From NCBI GenBank assembly GCA_963783575.1, contig CAWAOD010000005.1, positions 544,001 to 608,000 of the forward strand: a stretch of DNA of 64,000 nucleotides, read 5' to 3'. Positions 38,187 to 49,846 of the stretch are shown in pieces (the stretch's first letter is position 1; every line of letters starts with the position of its first letter). The position numbers were made by a program, and so were the translations under genes. This stretch comes from an uncultured Spirochaetota bacterium. GTDB taxonomy: Bacteria; Spirochaetota; Brevinematia; Brevinematales; JAOACQ01. Under the pieces are notes generated by a model that was not told the origin of the DNA, made no database searches, and was given only the letters and a program-made list of their open reading frames with translations.

Positions 38187-39154
38187 AGTTCCTTAATAAC
38201 ACTCTCAATTGGCAGTTCCTGGATGGAAATATCTCTGATGCCGCAGGTTTCGCTCGCGGTCTGGATAAAGTCTTTGAGCGGGATGATTGAAATATCGATC
38301 TCAAGTTCCAGATCAGTTGGAGAAATAGTCTGCATGACTTTCACACCCGGAATGCCATTTCCTTCCCATTTCCGTTCAGCGTTGAGTGTAACAGTTTTCA
38401 TTGTTCCGAAATAATTCCGGAGTTTTTCCATCGATCCCTCAAAAACTATTATACCGTGGTTGATCACAATTACCTGACGTGCAAGGCGTTCCACATCATT
38501 GAGATCGTGGGTTGTGAGAATGAAGGTGACACCCTTTCGGTTCATTTCCATAATAAATTCCCGGATTTTTTCCTTTGCGATCACATCAAGCCCAATGGTC
38601 GGTTCATCGAGAAAAACAATCTTAGGAGAATGGAGCATGGCCATTATGAATTCACATTTCATTCTTTCACCAAGGGAAAGTACCCGGGTTGGTTTACGGA
38701 TAATGTTTTTCACATCCAGAAGTTCTACCATTTCATTCAGGATTTTTTTAAACCGGTCTTCCGGAATATTATAGATCGCCTTGTTAAGCACAAAAGCATC
38801 CAGGGGCGGTATGTCCAGGAGAAGCTGGGATTTCTGTCCGAACACAGCGCCGATGTTCCCCACGTAGCGTTTCCTGTCTCTCCATGGGATGTAACCGAGA
38901 ACATTTGCTTCTCCGCTTGTCGGGAAAAGGATTCCTGTGAGGATTTTAAGCGTCGTAGATTTTCCGGCTCCGTTCGGTCCAAGGAACGCTGCGATTTCAC
39001 CCGGTTCGATATCGAAAGAAATGCCTTTGAGCGCTTCCACAGGAATCATTTTCCGGTAGAATAGGCTTTTCAGAACTTCCAGAAAATTTTCCCCTCTTTC
39101 ATAGGTTTCAAATACTTTTTTCAAATCCCGTACGCGGATAATAGGTTCTTGCAT
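38177..39154 (-). CDS. ABC-2 type exporter ATP-binding protein
   Basis: GPNGAGKST, VFGQKSQL, LSLGERMKCE, DEPTIGLD. Start moved to ATG 39154 after GGAGG. Confidence 0.92.
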   Translation of the reverse strand: MQEPIIRVRDLKKVFETYERGENFLEVLKSLFYRKMIPVEALKGISFDIEPGEIAAFLGPNGAGKSTTLKILTGILFPTSGEANVLGYIPWRDRKRYVGNIGAVFGQKSQLLLDIPPLDAFVLNKAIYNIPEDRFKKILNEMVELLDVKNIIRKPTRVLSLGERMKCEFIMAMLHSPKIVFLDEPTIGLDVIAKEKIREFIMEMNRKGVTFILTTHDLNDVERLARQVIVINHGIIVFEGSMEKLRNYFGTMKTVTLNAERKWEGNGIPGVKVMQTISPTDLELEIDISIIPLKDFIQTASETCGIRDISIQELPIESVIKELYK

Positions 39155-39158
39155 AAAA

Positions 39159-39941
39159 CTAACCTCCGGCACTGGTGTAATATTCGAGCATCCTTTTCCA
39201 GTAATATAGGCTGAAAACACAGAACAGGACACTCATAGCGGACGCTATAAGGCTTTCCGGAGCGGGACGGGACAGCAGGGCGGAAGCCGGGAAAAAGCCG
39301 ACCATGGCGACCGGGATAATAAAACTGATTATAAATTGGAACGGTTTGGAAAATATCGAAATAGGATAAGTACCGAAAGCCGTTACAGCCTGAAAAATCT
39401 CATAAACACGAAAATTGCCGACCCAATAAATACCTGTGGCTGCCATAAAAACAGCAAAACCGAAAAACAGGATCATTGCAAAAAAATACAGTATAATAAA
39501 AGCCACCCATGCTTCCGGTTTCAGTGGTCCAATATGTGAGAGTGCAATTCCTGTAATGATAAGCCCACTCAATAATTTGCCCAAATCATCGGAATCGAAG
39601 CCTGTTACTACGGCCATGAGGAGTGTTGAGCGCGGTTTGATTAAAAGCAGGTCGAATGTGCCTTCGCGAACACGGGTTATGGTATTCCCCACAATCCCGA
39701 AGAAAAATGGGAATGAAATCCCCTTTGCGAGCAAAAATATACCCTGTATCAGCAGGGCTTCATACAGGGTCCAGCCGGGAAAAGCAGTTCCTGAACCGTA
39801 GATCAGGAAAGTAACAAGTGGCGCGACCAGCTCAACTGCAAGCATTATAAACAGGCTGAAAAAGAAATCCGCTCTGTAGGCCATCCTGGATGCAAACGCT
39901 GTCCGGATACCAAGCCAGTAAATCCTGAAAAAATCCTTCAT
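39159..39941 (-). CDS. ABC-2 family permease (DUF990-like)
   Basis: AYRADF, VREGTFDLLLIKP, YPISIF, YYTSAGG C-terminus. Confidence 0.9.
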   Translation of the reverse strand: MKDFFRIYWLGIRTAFASRMAYRADFFFSLFIMLAVELVAPLVTFLIYGSGTAFPGWTLYEALLIQGIFLLAKGISFPFFFGIVGNTITRVREGTFDLLLIKPRSTLLMAVVTGFDSDDLGKLLSGLIITGIALSHIGPLKPEAWVAFIILYFFAMILFFGFAVFMAATGIYWVGNFRVYEIFQAVTAFGTYPISIFSKPFQFIISFIIPVAMVGFFPASALLSRPAPESLIASAMSVLFCVFSLYYWKRMLEYYTSAGG

Positions 39942-40744
39942 GCGCCAACCCCTGTAAAGTGCTTGATCGCTGCACGGTACATGATTTCAGAAACTCCCAA
40001 CATAACGAGAACAGCAGATGACTGTATCGCAACGATCTGCGGAATGGGCATTGTTATCCCGGCCATTTCATAATTCCCAAGAAATACCCGGATCGGTACG
40101 TAGGAAATAAACTGGAAGGGCAAAAACAAAAAGAGCTTCTGGAAATAATCCGGAAAAAAAGCAAGCGGGATAAACGATCCGGCAAGAATGTCACGGAAAA
40201 GCAGGAAAACCCTTCTTAAACCCTCCGCCTGGGTCAGCCAGAAACCGGTAATCCCGATACAGTAATTTACAAGGAACATCATCATAAATCCCAGAAAAAG
40301 TGATATCAGAAACCAGAAAGGGTAGGCCGGAGCCAGTTTAACTTTAAAAACAAAGATAAATAAAAAATAAACCGGCAGGAATTCAACAAAAAATCCCAAA
40401 GCCCGATGGCCGAATTTCTGGGATAACGCGTAATACCGGTGCGAGATCGGACGGAGAAGGAAAGTTAAAAATTTTCCGGTTCTGATAAGCATCTGTAAAT
40501 TCCAGTCTGCAAAATCCATGGTTATATAATAAATGAGCGATGCAACCGCGAAATAAATAAGCATATCGCTCAAAGTCAGACCTTTCAGCGACACTCTTGA
40601 GCCGTAAACCGCTTTCCAGATGGATATCTGGATAAAGTACGTCACCGGTCCCACAAAAAGCGAAACCAGAGCATGGGAACGGTAAGCCGCCCATTCTTTG
40701 TATGTGGCGGCTGCCGTTGATAGTAAAATCCTGATTAAACGCAT
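39938..40744 (-). CDS. ABC-2 family permease (DUF990-like)
   Basis: AYRS, IRTGKFLTFLLRP, LAGSFIPLAFFP, LPFQFISYVP. Confidence 0.9.
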   Translation of the reverse strand: MRLIRILLSTAAATYKEWAAYRSHALVSLFVGPVTYFIQISIWKAVYGSRVSLKGLTLSDMLIYFAVASLIYYITMDFADWNLQMLIRTGKFLTFLLRPISHRYYALSQKFGHRALGFFVEFLPVYFLFIFVFKVKLAPAYPFWFLISLFLGFMMMFLVNYCIGITGFWLTQAEGLRRVFLLFRDILAGSFIPLAFFPDYFQKLFLFLPFQFISYVPIRVFLGNYEMAGITMPIPQIVAIQSSAVLVMLGVSEIMYRAAIKHFTGVGA

Positions 40745-40751
40745 AAAATAC

Positions 40752-41876
40752 CTATTTTAAACCCGCCCAGATAATATTTCTCGGTGCGACTACGGAATCC
40801 ATCGACCAGATTCCGTAATTAACGGCTATATATACCGCTACCAATTGTTCCGACGGATCGATATATAAAGCGGAAGAACCGTATCCTTCGTGGTTATATG
40901 TTTCCTGAGATGCAAGAGACTTATCACCGCTGTAACTCCAGCATAAACCAACCTTCCAATCCGGGTCTTTCCGGCCCCAGGAGAATCCGAAAGCCCCTTT
41001 AAGCTGATACATAATCATAGACTCCACGGATTTGCGGGAAAGTATACGAATTCCATCAAGTGTCCCATTGTTCAGCATCATATTTCCAAAACGGCTCATG
41101 TCCATTAGAGTGGATAGTATTCCACTTGAAGGTAAATTTTTATTGGTGCTAAATCCTGCCTTCCGGATTACCATATTTCTTTCCCAGTTATCCATTACAC
41201 AAACTTCTTTTTCCAATTCCTCAGGAACCTGGAAATAAGTATCATTCATACCGAGCGGCCGGACGATTCTGGATAGGATGTAATCCTCAAAACCCATCCC
41301 TGATTTTCTTTCGATAATTTCTCCTAATATATTGAATCCCATGGAACAATAATTCCAGCATTCCCCGGGTTTCGACTGAAGCGGACCCTGAAGGATTGCT
41401 TTTATCCAGTCCGGATTATTTTCAATTTCATTATAGATCCTTCTCTGGTAAGGCTCATTAAAATATCCTGGCTCTGCCACAATACCAGAAGAATGGGTCA
41501 GAAGATGAAAAATTTGAATATCTTTATGAATAGGGGTGTTGAATTCAGGCAGGATCGTGGAAATGATCTGTTCCAGGCAAATTTTTCCGTCCTCGATCAA
41601 TTGCATGATCGCCGTCGCTGTAAAAACTTTGGTGATAGAAGCCATTCTCCGGAGCGATTCCGGCTTGAATGCCGATTCAGGCTGATCGTATGCGAGCTTT
41701 CCGGAAGTACGGTGTGCGAATATTTTATTATTCCGGGTTAACAAATACCCGGAAGCCATGACTTTACCGCTTTCAATCAGACAATCGAAATGCCCTTCCA
41801 GTTTATCCAAATATTCCGGGAAATAACCTGCATCTTCCGGTAAACAATCCGCTTTTCCACTGTACCACATGATCAT
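40752..41876 (-). CDS. Serine hydrolase, beta-lactamase/AmpC-like family
   Basis: SxxK (ASITK), HLLTHSSG, WNYCS, PLGMNDT, HEGYG; no signal peptide. Confidence 0.9.
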   Translation of the reverse strand: MIMWYSGKADCLPEDAGYFPEYLDKLEGHFDCLIESGKVMASGYLLTRNNKIFAHRTSGKLAYDQPESAFKPESLRRMASITKVFTATAIMQLIEDGKICLEQIISTILPEFNTPIHKDIQIFHLLTHSSGIVAEPGYFNEPYQRRIYNEIENNPDWIKAILQGPLQSKPGECWNYCSMGFNILGEIIERKSGMGFEDYILSRIVRPLGMNDTYFQVPEELEKEVCVMDNWERNMVIRKAGFSTNKNLPSSGILSTLMDMSRFGNMMLNNGTLDGIRILSRKSVESMIMYQLKGAFGFSWGRKDPDWKVGLCWSYSGDKSLASQETYNHEGYGSSALYIDPSEQLVAVYIAVNYGIWSMDSVVAPRNIIWAGLK

Positions 41877-42151
41877 TCTCCATTATTAACTTAAAATATA
41901 TTCTAATTTAAAAATTGAGGAAACTGGGAAGAATTATAATAAAAAGAATAATAAACTGCAAAAAAAGAAGTAAAATATTTAAAAGAAATTATTAACCACA
42001 TTCCCTTTTGTTTGATACCAGTATTTACAGAATTTCTCACCGAAAAACCTGAGATGGGCGGTAAGCAGGAGGACTTTATATCTTATTTGTGATAATTTCG
42101 ATTTTTTATAATAATTGATTAACTGAATCAAGTGCTAAAAACTCATTTATG

Positions 42152-44350
42152 TTATAAAATAAATGTACCGAATGCCTGCAGGTGTTTTTCAAAAGTTTCC
42201 AGCATTTTCCATTCAATTATAGGAATATTTTTTAGCGCTTCGATTGGGATGGCCATAATTTCCGCAGATGTTTTTGCGACAGCTGTAAAAATGTTGGACG
42301 ATCCTATCAGGAATTCCTCTTCTCCGAAGAAATCACCCGGAAGAAGAAAATCGATATACTTATTTTCAGCATAAATTTGTGCTTCTCCGCTCTTCAGCAG
42401 GATAATCCTTGGATTATCGGCCTGAATCAATGAATCGCCGGGCTGGACCGATTCAATAACAATTTTTTTTGCTATCCAGTACTGAATAAGGCTGGAAACC
42501 ATTTCTCCAAAAAGTTCCGTGCTTTGTAAAAAACTAATAATCTCGTAAATTCTTTTTAATTCTTCTTGATTTACATTTCTGCTGATAAATTCATTATAAA
42601 TTTCAATGGGTATTTTTAAAACTTTAATATAGCTGACTGCACGATAGGTTCTTCTGGAGGGTTCCCGAAACAGTGCGGAAATTTCGCCTAGAAAGGACCC
42701 TGGAGATAGTTTATAAGAAACCTTTTTTTCGGAATCTATATATTCAGCTACACCGCCCAAAATAAGATAAATATGCCGGTTTTCATCCCCTTTTTTAATA
42801 ATTATTTCACCGACACCGCATGTTATTACACTGCAATTTAGCAGCATATCCAAATCAAAGACGGGAGCCTTTGGAAAATATTCTCTCAGGAAAACATAAG
42901 CCGATTGCATATAATAATCCTTGTTAGACTTTATAAGAATGTCTTCCTGCCCGAAAGTAGCGTTTGATCCGATTTCCTTCTCCTGGGGCGTCAGTTCTCT
43001 TGAAGTATGGCTTAAAATAATCTTTAAAGATTGATCTTTCGAAAAATCCGCTGCTTCGCCATGAATCATCCCGCCGCCGATATCTATTTTTTTCTCATTG
43101 ACAGGCAATAAAAGACTGGTTTTAAACCGTTCATAGAGCATTTTGGCTGCAGGATTGCTTTCAGATTCTTTCAGCAATACCGAATCCAATACTTTCAAAG
43201 AAGGGATATCGGCAAAATGTGCATAGGTTTTATAACCGCCTTCCCAGAATGCGCGGAAAAACATAATGGAGTTTTCAACAGGATGAGGTGAAAATATCGG
43301 CATTACCTCCAGCCCATTAATATTATTCCATTCATCGAATTGTAAGTCATGAATGATAAAGGTGTTTTCAAAGCGCTGTTTCGATATTGACATAAGTGCG
43401 GACAATTTTTTTGATATTGAAGCCCTAACAAGCGGGGTAGCATAATAATTTATTTTATGATCCGATCGGACAAGGGATGTCAGGCCGGCAAAATGGTCGT
43501 CATGGGCATGAGTATGGAAAATTCCTTCAATCTCATTTACGCTGATGCCCAGCGCTATTAAGCTTTGTAAAATATTAGGACCGGTATCGATCAAATAAAA
43601 TTTACCCTGAAAATTAATGATACTTGACATGCAGGGTTTTGTGACATCCCAGCCGTCACCTTCGCCAATATGGATAACAGAGAAGTATTCGCGGTTGATA
43701 TGGTGATAATCGAGATTTACAGGCGGTTTATATTCCTCTCCTTTTCCCAATGAAAGATCTACCGTCAGACTTATATCTTTATATTTAAATTCATATATGT
43801 TCAAACCTTTTCTTTTGACGGTTACATCGTTCTTAATTTCAACCGGGGAGGATTCTACAGCCCGGAAGTCAATCAATTCCTCGGTTTTTTTGATTTTGTC
43901 AAAAGCGAATTTCAGTTTTAACTTAAACATTGCTTCTGCAATATCTCTGGATATACCGGTTTCCAGAATTTCATCTAAACTTGTCAATCCATAATTTCCT
44001 CTCAGCAAGTACTCACTTTGAGCTGTAACCTGAATCGGATGACCGATCAATATTGGCTTTTCCCCTGTATTATTCGGGTGGCCGGGCAGAATCATTCCCT
44101 GCCTGTACAGCATCTGTAGTATTGGAAATTCGGCCAGATTTGAAAATTGACCGTTTTGTATTGATACATCCGATAAAAGGATGGCATTAGGGCCGGTTTC
44201 ATATGAGATGCCGTTTTTCATTTTCGGCACGATAAAACCTCGAATCATTAAGTGTTTAACTACATCGGCCGGACATCCGCATAGAATGTAGAGATTTTCC
44301 TCGGGAATTTCAACCCAAAACACACCATTTGTAATTTTAATTTTATCCAT
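42152..44350 (-). CDS. MBL-fold metallohydrolase with two C-terminal cyclic-nucleotide-binding domains
   Basis: HTHAHDDHFAG (HxHxDH), SPHPVE; cNMP-like segments IYLILGG..GSFLGEIS..R and LLKSGEA..GDFFGEE. Start ATG 44350 after AAGGAG. Confidence 0.82.
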   Translation of the reverse strand: MDKIKITNGVFWVEIPEENLYILCGCPADVVKHLMIRGFIVPKMKNGISYETGPNAILLSDVSIQNGQFSNLAEFPILQMLYRQGMILPGHPNNTGEKPILIGHPIQVTAQSEYLLRGNYGLTSLDEILETGISRDIAEAMFKLKLKFAFDKIKKTEELIDFRAVESSPVEIKNDVTVKRKGLNIYEFKYKDISLTVDLSLGKGEEYKPPVNLDYHHINREYFSVIHIGEGDGWDVTKPCMSSIINFQGKFYLIDTGPNILQSLIALGISVNEIEGIFHTHAHDDHFAGLTSLVRSDHKINYYATPLVRASISKKLSALMSISKQRFENTFIIHDLQFDEWNNINGLEVMPIFSPHPVENSIMFFRAFWEGGYKTYAHFADIPSLKVLDSVLLKESESNPAAKMLYERFKTSLLLPVNEKKIDIGGGMIHGEAADFSKDQSLKIILSHTSRELTPQEKEIGSNATFGQEDILIKSNKDYYMQSAYVFLREYFPKAPVFDLDMLLNCSVITCGVGEIIIKKGDENRHIYLILGGVAEYIDSEKKVSYKLSPGSFLGEISALFREPSRRTYRAVSYIKVLKIPIEIYNEFISRNVNQEELKRIYEIISFLQSTELFGEMVSSLIQYWIAKKIVIESVQPGDSLIQADNPRIILLKSGEAQIYAENKYIDFLLPGDFFGEEEFLIGSSNIFTAVAKTSAEIMAIPIEALKNIPIIEWKMLETFEKHLQAFGTFIL

Positions 44351-44779
44351 AAAATCTCCTTTACCAAAAGTCAAGTACTTCTGAATAAAAAATTCCAAAT
44401 CTATTAGTCTTAACTTTTTACCCGATTGTGTTTTTCCTTATTTTTCTTTCTTAACTAAAATTATCTCATATTATAAAGCTGTTGCAATTTTTTGCAATCA
44501 AAAAAGAATTTATTTTTTCATTTTGTTGGATAGTTTTTTATAACATATTTTCTTTTTAAACTTTTATAGAATAAACCTTTCTTAAAGGTAAATTTAAATA
44601 CAATTATATTATTTGACTTTTATAATTTATAATATTATGTTATGGAACAATTTAATAATAATAAGTAATATTGTTAATAGATGTATGAAACGTCAGTGTG
44701 TCTTAAGTTATAATTTCCTAAGCCGATTTAACACGCTATTATCAGAACTTTATTTATAAAATTTTTATGGGGATTCATT

Positions 44780-45271
44780 TTGAAATACAATGAATCTATA
44801 ACAATTAGAAATGATATTAAGCCTGGAGATTTGGGTTATATTACTTATTTCCATGGGATAATATACAATAAAGAATACGGATTTGATATTACTTTTGAAA
44901 GGTATATAGCAGTACCTTTATCCGATTTTATTTTCATCAGAGATCCTAAAAGTAGAATCTGGATATTAGAAAGAAAAGGTAAAATATTAGGAAGTATAGC
45001 AATAGTAAATATTGATAATATTCAAGCGCAATTGCGATGGTTTTTAATAGATCCATCACTCCGAGGGAAAGGACATGGAAAGAAATTACTGGAAGAATCG
45101 TTAACGTTTTGCAGAGAGATGAATTTTAAAAAAATCATATTGTGGACAATAAACTTTTTGGATGCGGCAATTCATTTATATATAGAATACGGTTTTGTAT
45201 TTGTGGAGGAAAAAAAACATGTTATTTGGGGAAAAGAAATAATAGAACAGAAATATGAATTAATGTTATAG
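44780..45271 (+). CDS. GNAT family N-acetyltransferase
   Basis: AQLRWFLIDPSLRGKGHGKKL, LWT..L.AAIHLY..YGF. Confidence 0.9.
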   Translation: MKYNESITIRNDIKPGDLGYITYFHGIIYNKEYGFDITFERYIAVPLSDFIFIRDPKSRIWILERKGKILGSIAIVNIDNIQAQLRWFLIDPSLRGKGHGKKLLEESLTFCREMNFKKIILWTINFLDAAIHLYIEYGFVFVEEKKHVIWGKEIIEQKYELML

Positions 45272-45292
45272 AAAGAATTATTTCCGGCTTTT

Positions 45293-45769
45293 TCAGGTGT
45301 AACGTTTTTTCATATCATTGAGGATTGTATAATGCTTTCTTTCCTCTTCAATAATCTTCTCAATGGCTTCATACTGAGTCTTGGGAATAAGATTCTTTAT
45401 TTCATGATAATAAAAAATGGAATCCAGCTCCCGCTGCAATGCGAAATTAAAAGCATCAACCGTATCCTTTACCTGCGCCAAGTGTTTATCCATAACTTCT
45501 TTTGTAAAAATAATGTTGTTATCCACATAACTGCGAAGATAAGCGCTATATTCACCGGCATAGTTTTCCTGCGGATTGTAGTTTTCTATATTGGCAGATA
45601 TAGATTCAAAAGTATCTTTATGCTCTGCTTCCGCTTTGGCAAGAGAGGCAAAAAGCTTTTTTGCTTCCTCTTGCTTGGCAAGTTGCTCTGCAAATTTATA
45701 AAAATTAATACCATTCTCTTCAATCCGGATAGCAACTTCCATTATATCGCTTGCTGAAAAACTCTGCAT
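45293..45769 (-). CDS. Rubrerythrin/ferritin-like family protein
   Basis: AIRIEENG..FY, AEAEH, E.DSIFYY, EEERKH di-iron motifs. Confidence 0.88.
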   Translation of the reverse strand: MQSFSASDIMEVAIRIEENGINFYKFAEQLAKQEEAKKLFASLAKAEAEHKDTFESISANIENYNPQENYAGEYSAYLRSYVDNNIIFTKEVMDKHLAQVKDTVDAFNFALQRELDSIFYYHEIKNLIPKTQYEAIEKIIEEERKHYTILNDMKKRYT

Positions 45770-45848
45770 TCTATAACCTCCTAAAGAATTACCCTTTTAC
45801 AAACATTTGCATTCACTTAGAAAGCAAAAAATACCAATATAATCAAAT

Positions 45849-46913
<1,065 letters not shown>

Positions 46914-47185
46914 TTAAGTAATTTAAACAGCTGTACCTATAATGTCAAATCATAACGGAAAATAGATAATTACTTATTAAGAATAATAATAATAAAAAGA
47001 ATTTAAAATTCAGTACACAATATTTCATTACCAAGTAATTACATTTAAGCATTGGCTGAAAGTAAGTATCTTCAACAGTCAAAGAAAGAAAATGGTTCGC
47101 TTGGAAAAATAGAAAAAGCTCTTTCTAGTTATGAAGAAATAAAAATGGTGTATTAAAAATTTGAAAATATTATTTTTTATTGATC

Positions 47186-47874
47186 TTAAAATAATTCATT
47201 CATATTAAATGGTTTTCCATGTCCGGGATATACTTTGTTAATTTTTAACCTCTTCAGTCTTTCCAAGCTTGCATTTAATTTGTTTAAGTCTTCACCCTGC
47301 GGGCTAACAGCCGGTTTCCCATAATTTCTGAGAATGTCTCCGGAAATTAAATCGTTGTTTTCTGTCAGAATTCCTATAGAACCTTTTGTATGACCGGGAA
47401 TGTGAAGCACAATTGCATTGAATCCATATTTATTAAGTTCCTGTCCATCCTCTAAATACAAATCCGGTTTAAAACCATCATAACCAGACTTTATTTTATT
47501 TTCAATAAATTTAATCCCTGTAATTAACCCGCTAATTTTCAAAATAATCCTGGAAATAAGCAGATTAGCCTGCCTGTTCTTTAAACTTTTCGCATGTTCT
47601 TCAAAACTTTCTGTCATAATCGAATCATTTTATGCATAACTATTATTGTTTTATATCGATTGCGGATATACAGTGCGTTACCGGTATGATCAGCGTCTCC
47701 ATGTGTCAAAATTATTAATTTAAGATTTCCGGGAATGCAGCCTGCTAATTTCAATTCATTTTCAAGCTTGATACGATTGCCTGAAAATCCTGTGTCTATT
47801 AAAACAAACCCGGTATCAGTTTTTATAAGGAAGCTGTTAACAACACCTAATTTAATTGTTATAATTTCCTGCAT
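47186..47874 (-). pseudogene. MBL-fold metallohydrolase split by a single-base frameshift (possibly an assembly error)
   Basis: First ORF LIDTG..THGDADHTG; second ORF PGHTKGS..GD..YPGHG. Adding one A to the A4 run (T4 at 47628-47631 on +) gives continuous VMHKNDSIMTES. Confidence 0.82.
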
Positions 47875-47898
47875 AACATTTTATCCTAAATATTTGAG

Positions 47899-48720
47899 TC
47901 AGGCTGAAAACTTTAAATGAACAATATTAATTGACTTCCATTTATCAATAATTTTTATTGTCTTTATTGTATTTTGATCCCAGCTGTCTTCCATTTTAAT
48001 TTTTGAAAAAATTGGATATTGTTCCAATATCACTATTCTTTTATCCCATTTTTTTATTTTATTTATATTGTTAATTTTCCATTTTCCGGCTTCCGCTTTT
48101 TCCATTCCTATGCGTTTCATTGTAGTATATGCTATAAATGTAGTTACAATATTTTTACGTATTGTATTAAATATAATTTCACTTTCCGGAAAATTATCAG
48201 CTAAATCCGAAAAAAAATTTTTGACAATATTTTTATTAAAATAATCCAGAACACCGCCTGAAATAAACAGTACTCCATCTTTAACATTATCAATATATTT
48301 AATCCACCGTAAATCAAAAATAGATCCTTCAATGCAGTGAGAATTTTTTGTCTCGGGAATAAGTTTTTTTCGTATTTCAATAACATCAGGGAGATCAATA
48401 TCATACCAATTCAACTGTCCGTTATCAACTCGATAAAAAGTCGTGTCAAGGCCTGCTCCCAGATTTATAATCGCTGCTTTCGGATGATTTATCAAGAATT
48501 CATTTACGGTATTTTCAAGCATTTTTGCTCTTACTAGATGCATTATGTGAAGAGATTCGGGATAATATTTTTCTATTTTACTAAAATCATATTGTATTTT
48601 ATCAACGATATCAATTGCTTTTAAATCAATGAGAATAGAATTTTTTTCCCTGCTTAATTTTGCGCGGCTCCATAAAGGTAATAATAACGTTTCCTGAATA
48701 CCATCCAAATTTATTTTCAT
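47899..48720 (-). CDS. Class I SAM-dependent methyltransferase (leucine carboxyl methyltransferase/TcmP-like)
   Basis: QETLLLPLWSRA, INLGAGLDT, WYDIDLPDVI. Confidence 0.88.
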   Translation of the reverse strand: MKINLDGIQETLLLPLWSRAKLSREKNSILIDLKAIDIVDKIQYDFSKIEKYYPESLHIMHLVRAKMLENTVNEFLINHPKAAIINLGAGLDTTFYRVDNGQLNWYDIDLPDVIEIRKKLIPETKNSHCIEGSIFDLRWIKYIDNVKDGVLFISGGVLDYFNKNIVKNFFSDLADNFPESEIIFNTIRKNIVTTFIAYTTMKRIGMEKAEAGKWKINNINKIKKWDKRIVILEQYPIFSKIKMEDSWDQNTIKTIKIIDKWKSINIVHLKFSA

Positions 48721-48970
48721 ATAGCAATTCCTTCAAAATTCTCTAAAAAAATCATTTTACTTTAATATTGTTAAAATAGAATAATCAGATATTCTAATAC
48801 TTCAATCTGAATTAATCAAATTTTAAATAAAATTCCAGGAATAAGATGTGAAGATTATAAGGATTGGCTTTATCTTTTTAAATAACAAACTTAATATTAT
48901 CTTTTCAATTTGATGAGTTTTTTAATCAGTTAAATTATAATTAGTTAAATTAGTAAGAAGGCAAAAGATT

Positions 48971-49846
48971 ATGATGCAAAAAAGACATTTAAGTATATTT
49001 TTAAAACTTTTGCCTCTTCTGTTCCCTTTTCTGGCACTTGTAGCAACAGGTTTATGTTTTACCGTATTGCAGTCTTTCGGAATAGGAATGTTCGGGTACC
49101 ATTATTCATCGCCATTTTTTGCTTACAAAACGGTATTTTCAGAAAAATGGTTTGTTAATTCTTTCTTTTTTTCATTTTATGTGGCTATTGTATCCGCTTT
49201 GATCGCTACTGCTCTGGGGATACTTTTTTCCTGCTGGGTCTGGTCCTTACCAATTAAAATACGGCAATTTGCCGTTTTACAACGCATATTTCTGATCCTT
49301 CCGCATATTTCGGTAGCTTTCATTATCGTGATTCTTTTCAGCAGGACAGGGGTCTTATCCTCAATATTTTACCAGCTCCACCTGATCCAAAGAGCCGAAC
49401 AATTCCCTTCTTTTGTCTATTCAGGAAACGGGCTGGATGTTATCGCCGGTTACATATTCAAGGAAGTGCCGTTCGTTATGGTTATGGTTCTGGGAATACT
49501 GGCTAAATTGGATGTCCGGCAGGTCGAAACCGCCAGGATGCTTGGCGGAAATAACCGGATGATCTTTTTCCGCATTATACTGCCTTTTATAATGCCGGTT
49601 ACAAATACAGCCTTCCTGATAATTTTCATTTACAGTTTCGGCGCTTTTGATTTACCGTTTGTTCTTGGCGGCAGCTACCCCGGAATGATTTCTTTGAGGG
49701 TATACGAATACTATTTTCAAAGGGATTTATATTACCGGCCAATCGCAATGGCCATACTTACGCTGCTTTTCTTCTTTTCCCTCTTTTTTATATTGCTTTA
49801 TTCCCGGCTTGCGGAAAGACTTGAGAATGATGTGAGGAAGATATGA
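48971..49846 (+). CDS. ABC transporter permease (PotB-like; YnjC N-half-like)
   Basis: Multi-TM; LPHI, KEVPF, ETARMLG EAA-like motif, FGAFDLP. Confidence 0.85.
   Translation: MMQKRHLSIFLKLLPLLFPFLALVATGLCFTVLQSFGIGMFGYHYSSPFFAYKTVFSEKWFVNSFFFSFYVAIVSALIATALGILFSCWVWSLPIKIRQFAVLQRIFLILPHISVAFIIVILFSRTGVLSSIFYQLHLIQRAEQFPSFVYSGNGLDVIAGYIFKEVPFVMVMVLGILAKLDVRQVETARMLGGNNRMIFFRIILPFIMPVTNTAFLIIFIYSFGAFDLPFVLGGSYPGMISLRVYEYYFQRDLYYRPIAMAILTLLFFFSLFFILLYSRLAERLENDVRKI

Noticed and set aside
40752..41876. Bona fide class C beta-lactamase
   Set aside because: No signal peptide and divergent second and third motifs (YCS, HEG); only a family-level call is supportable.
41980..42100. Short + strand reading frame ending ...TEKPEMGGKQEDFISYL, or an RNA element
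   Set aside because: No start/RBS, recognisable motif or convincing stem; cannot be supported.
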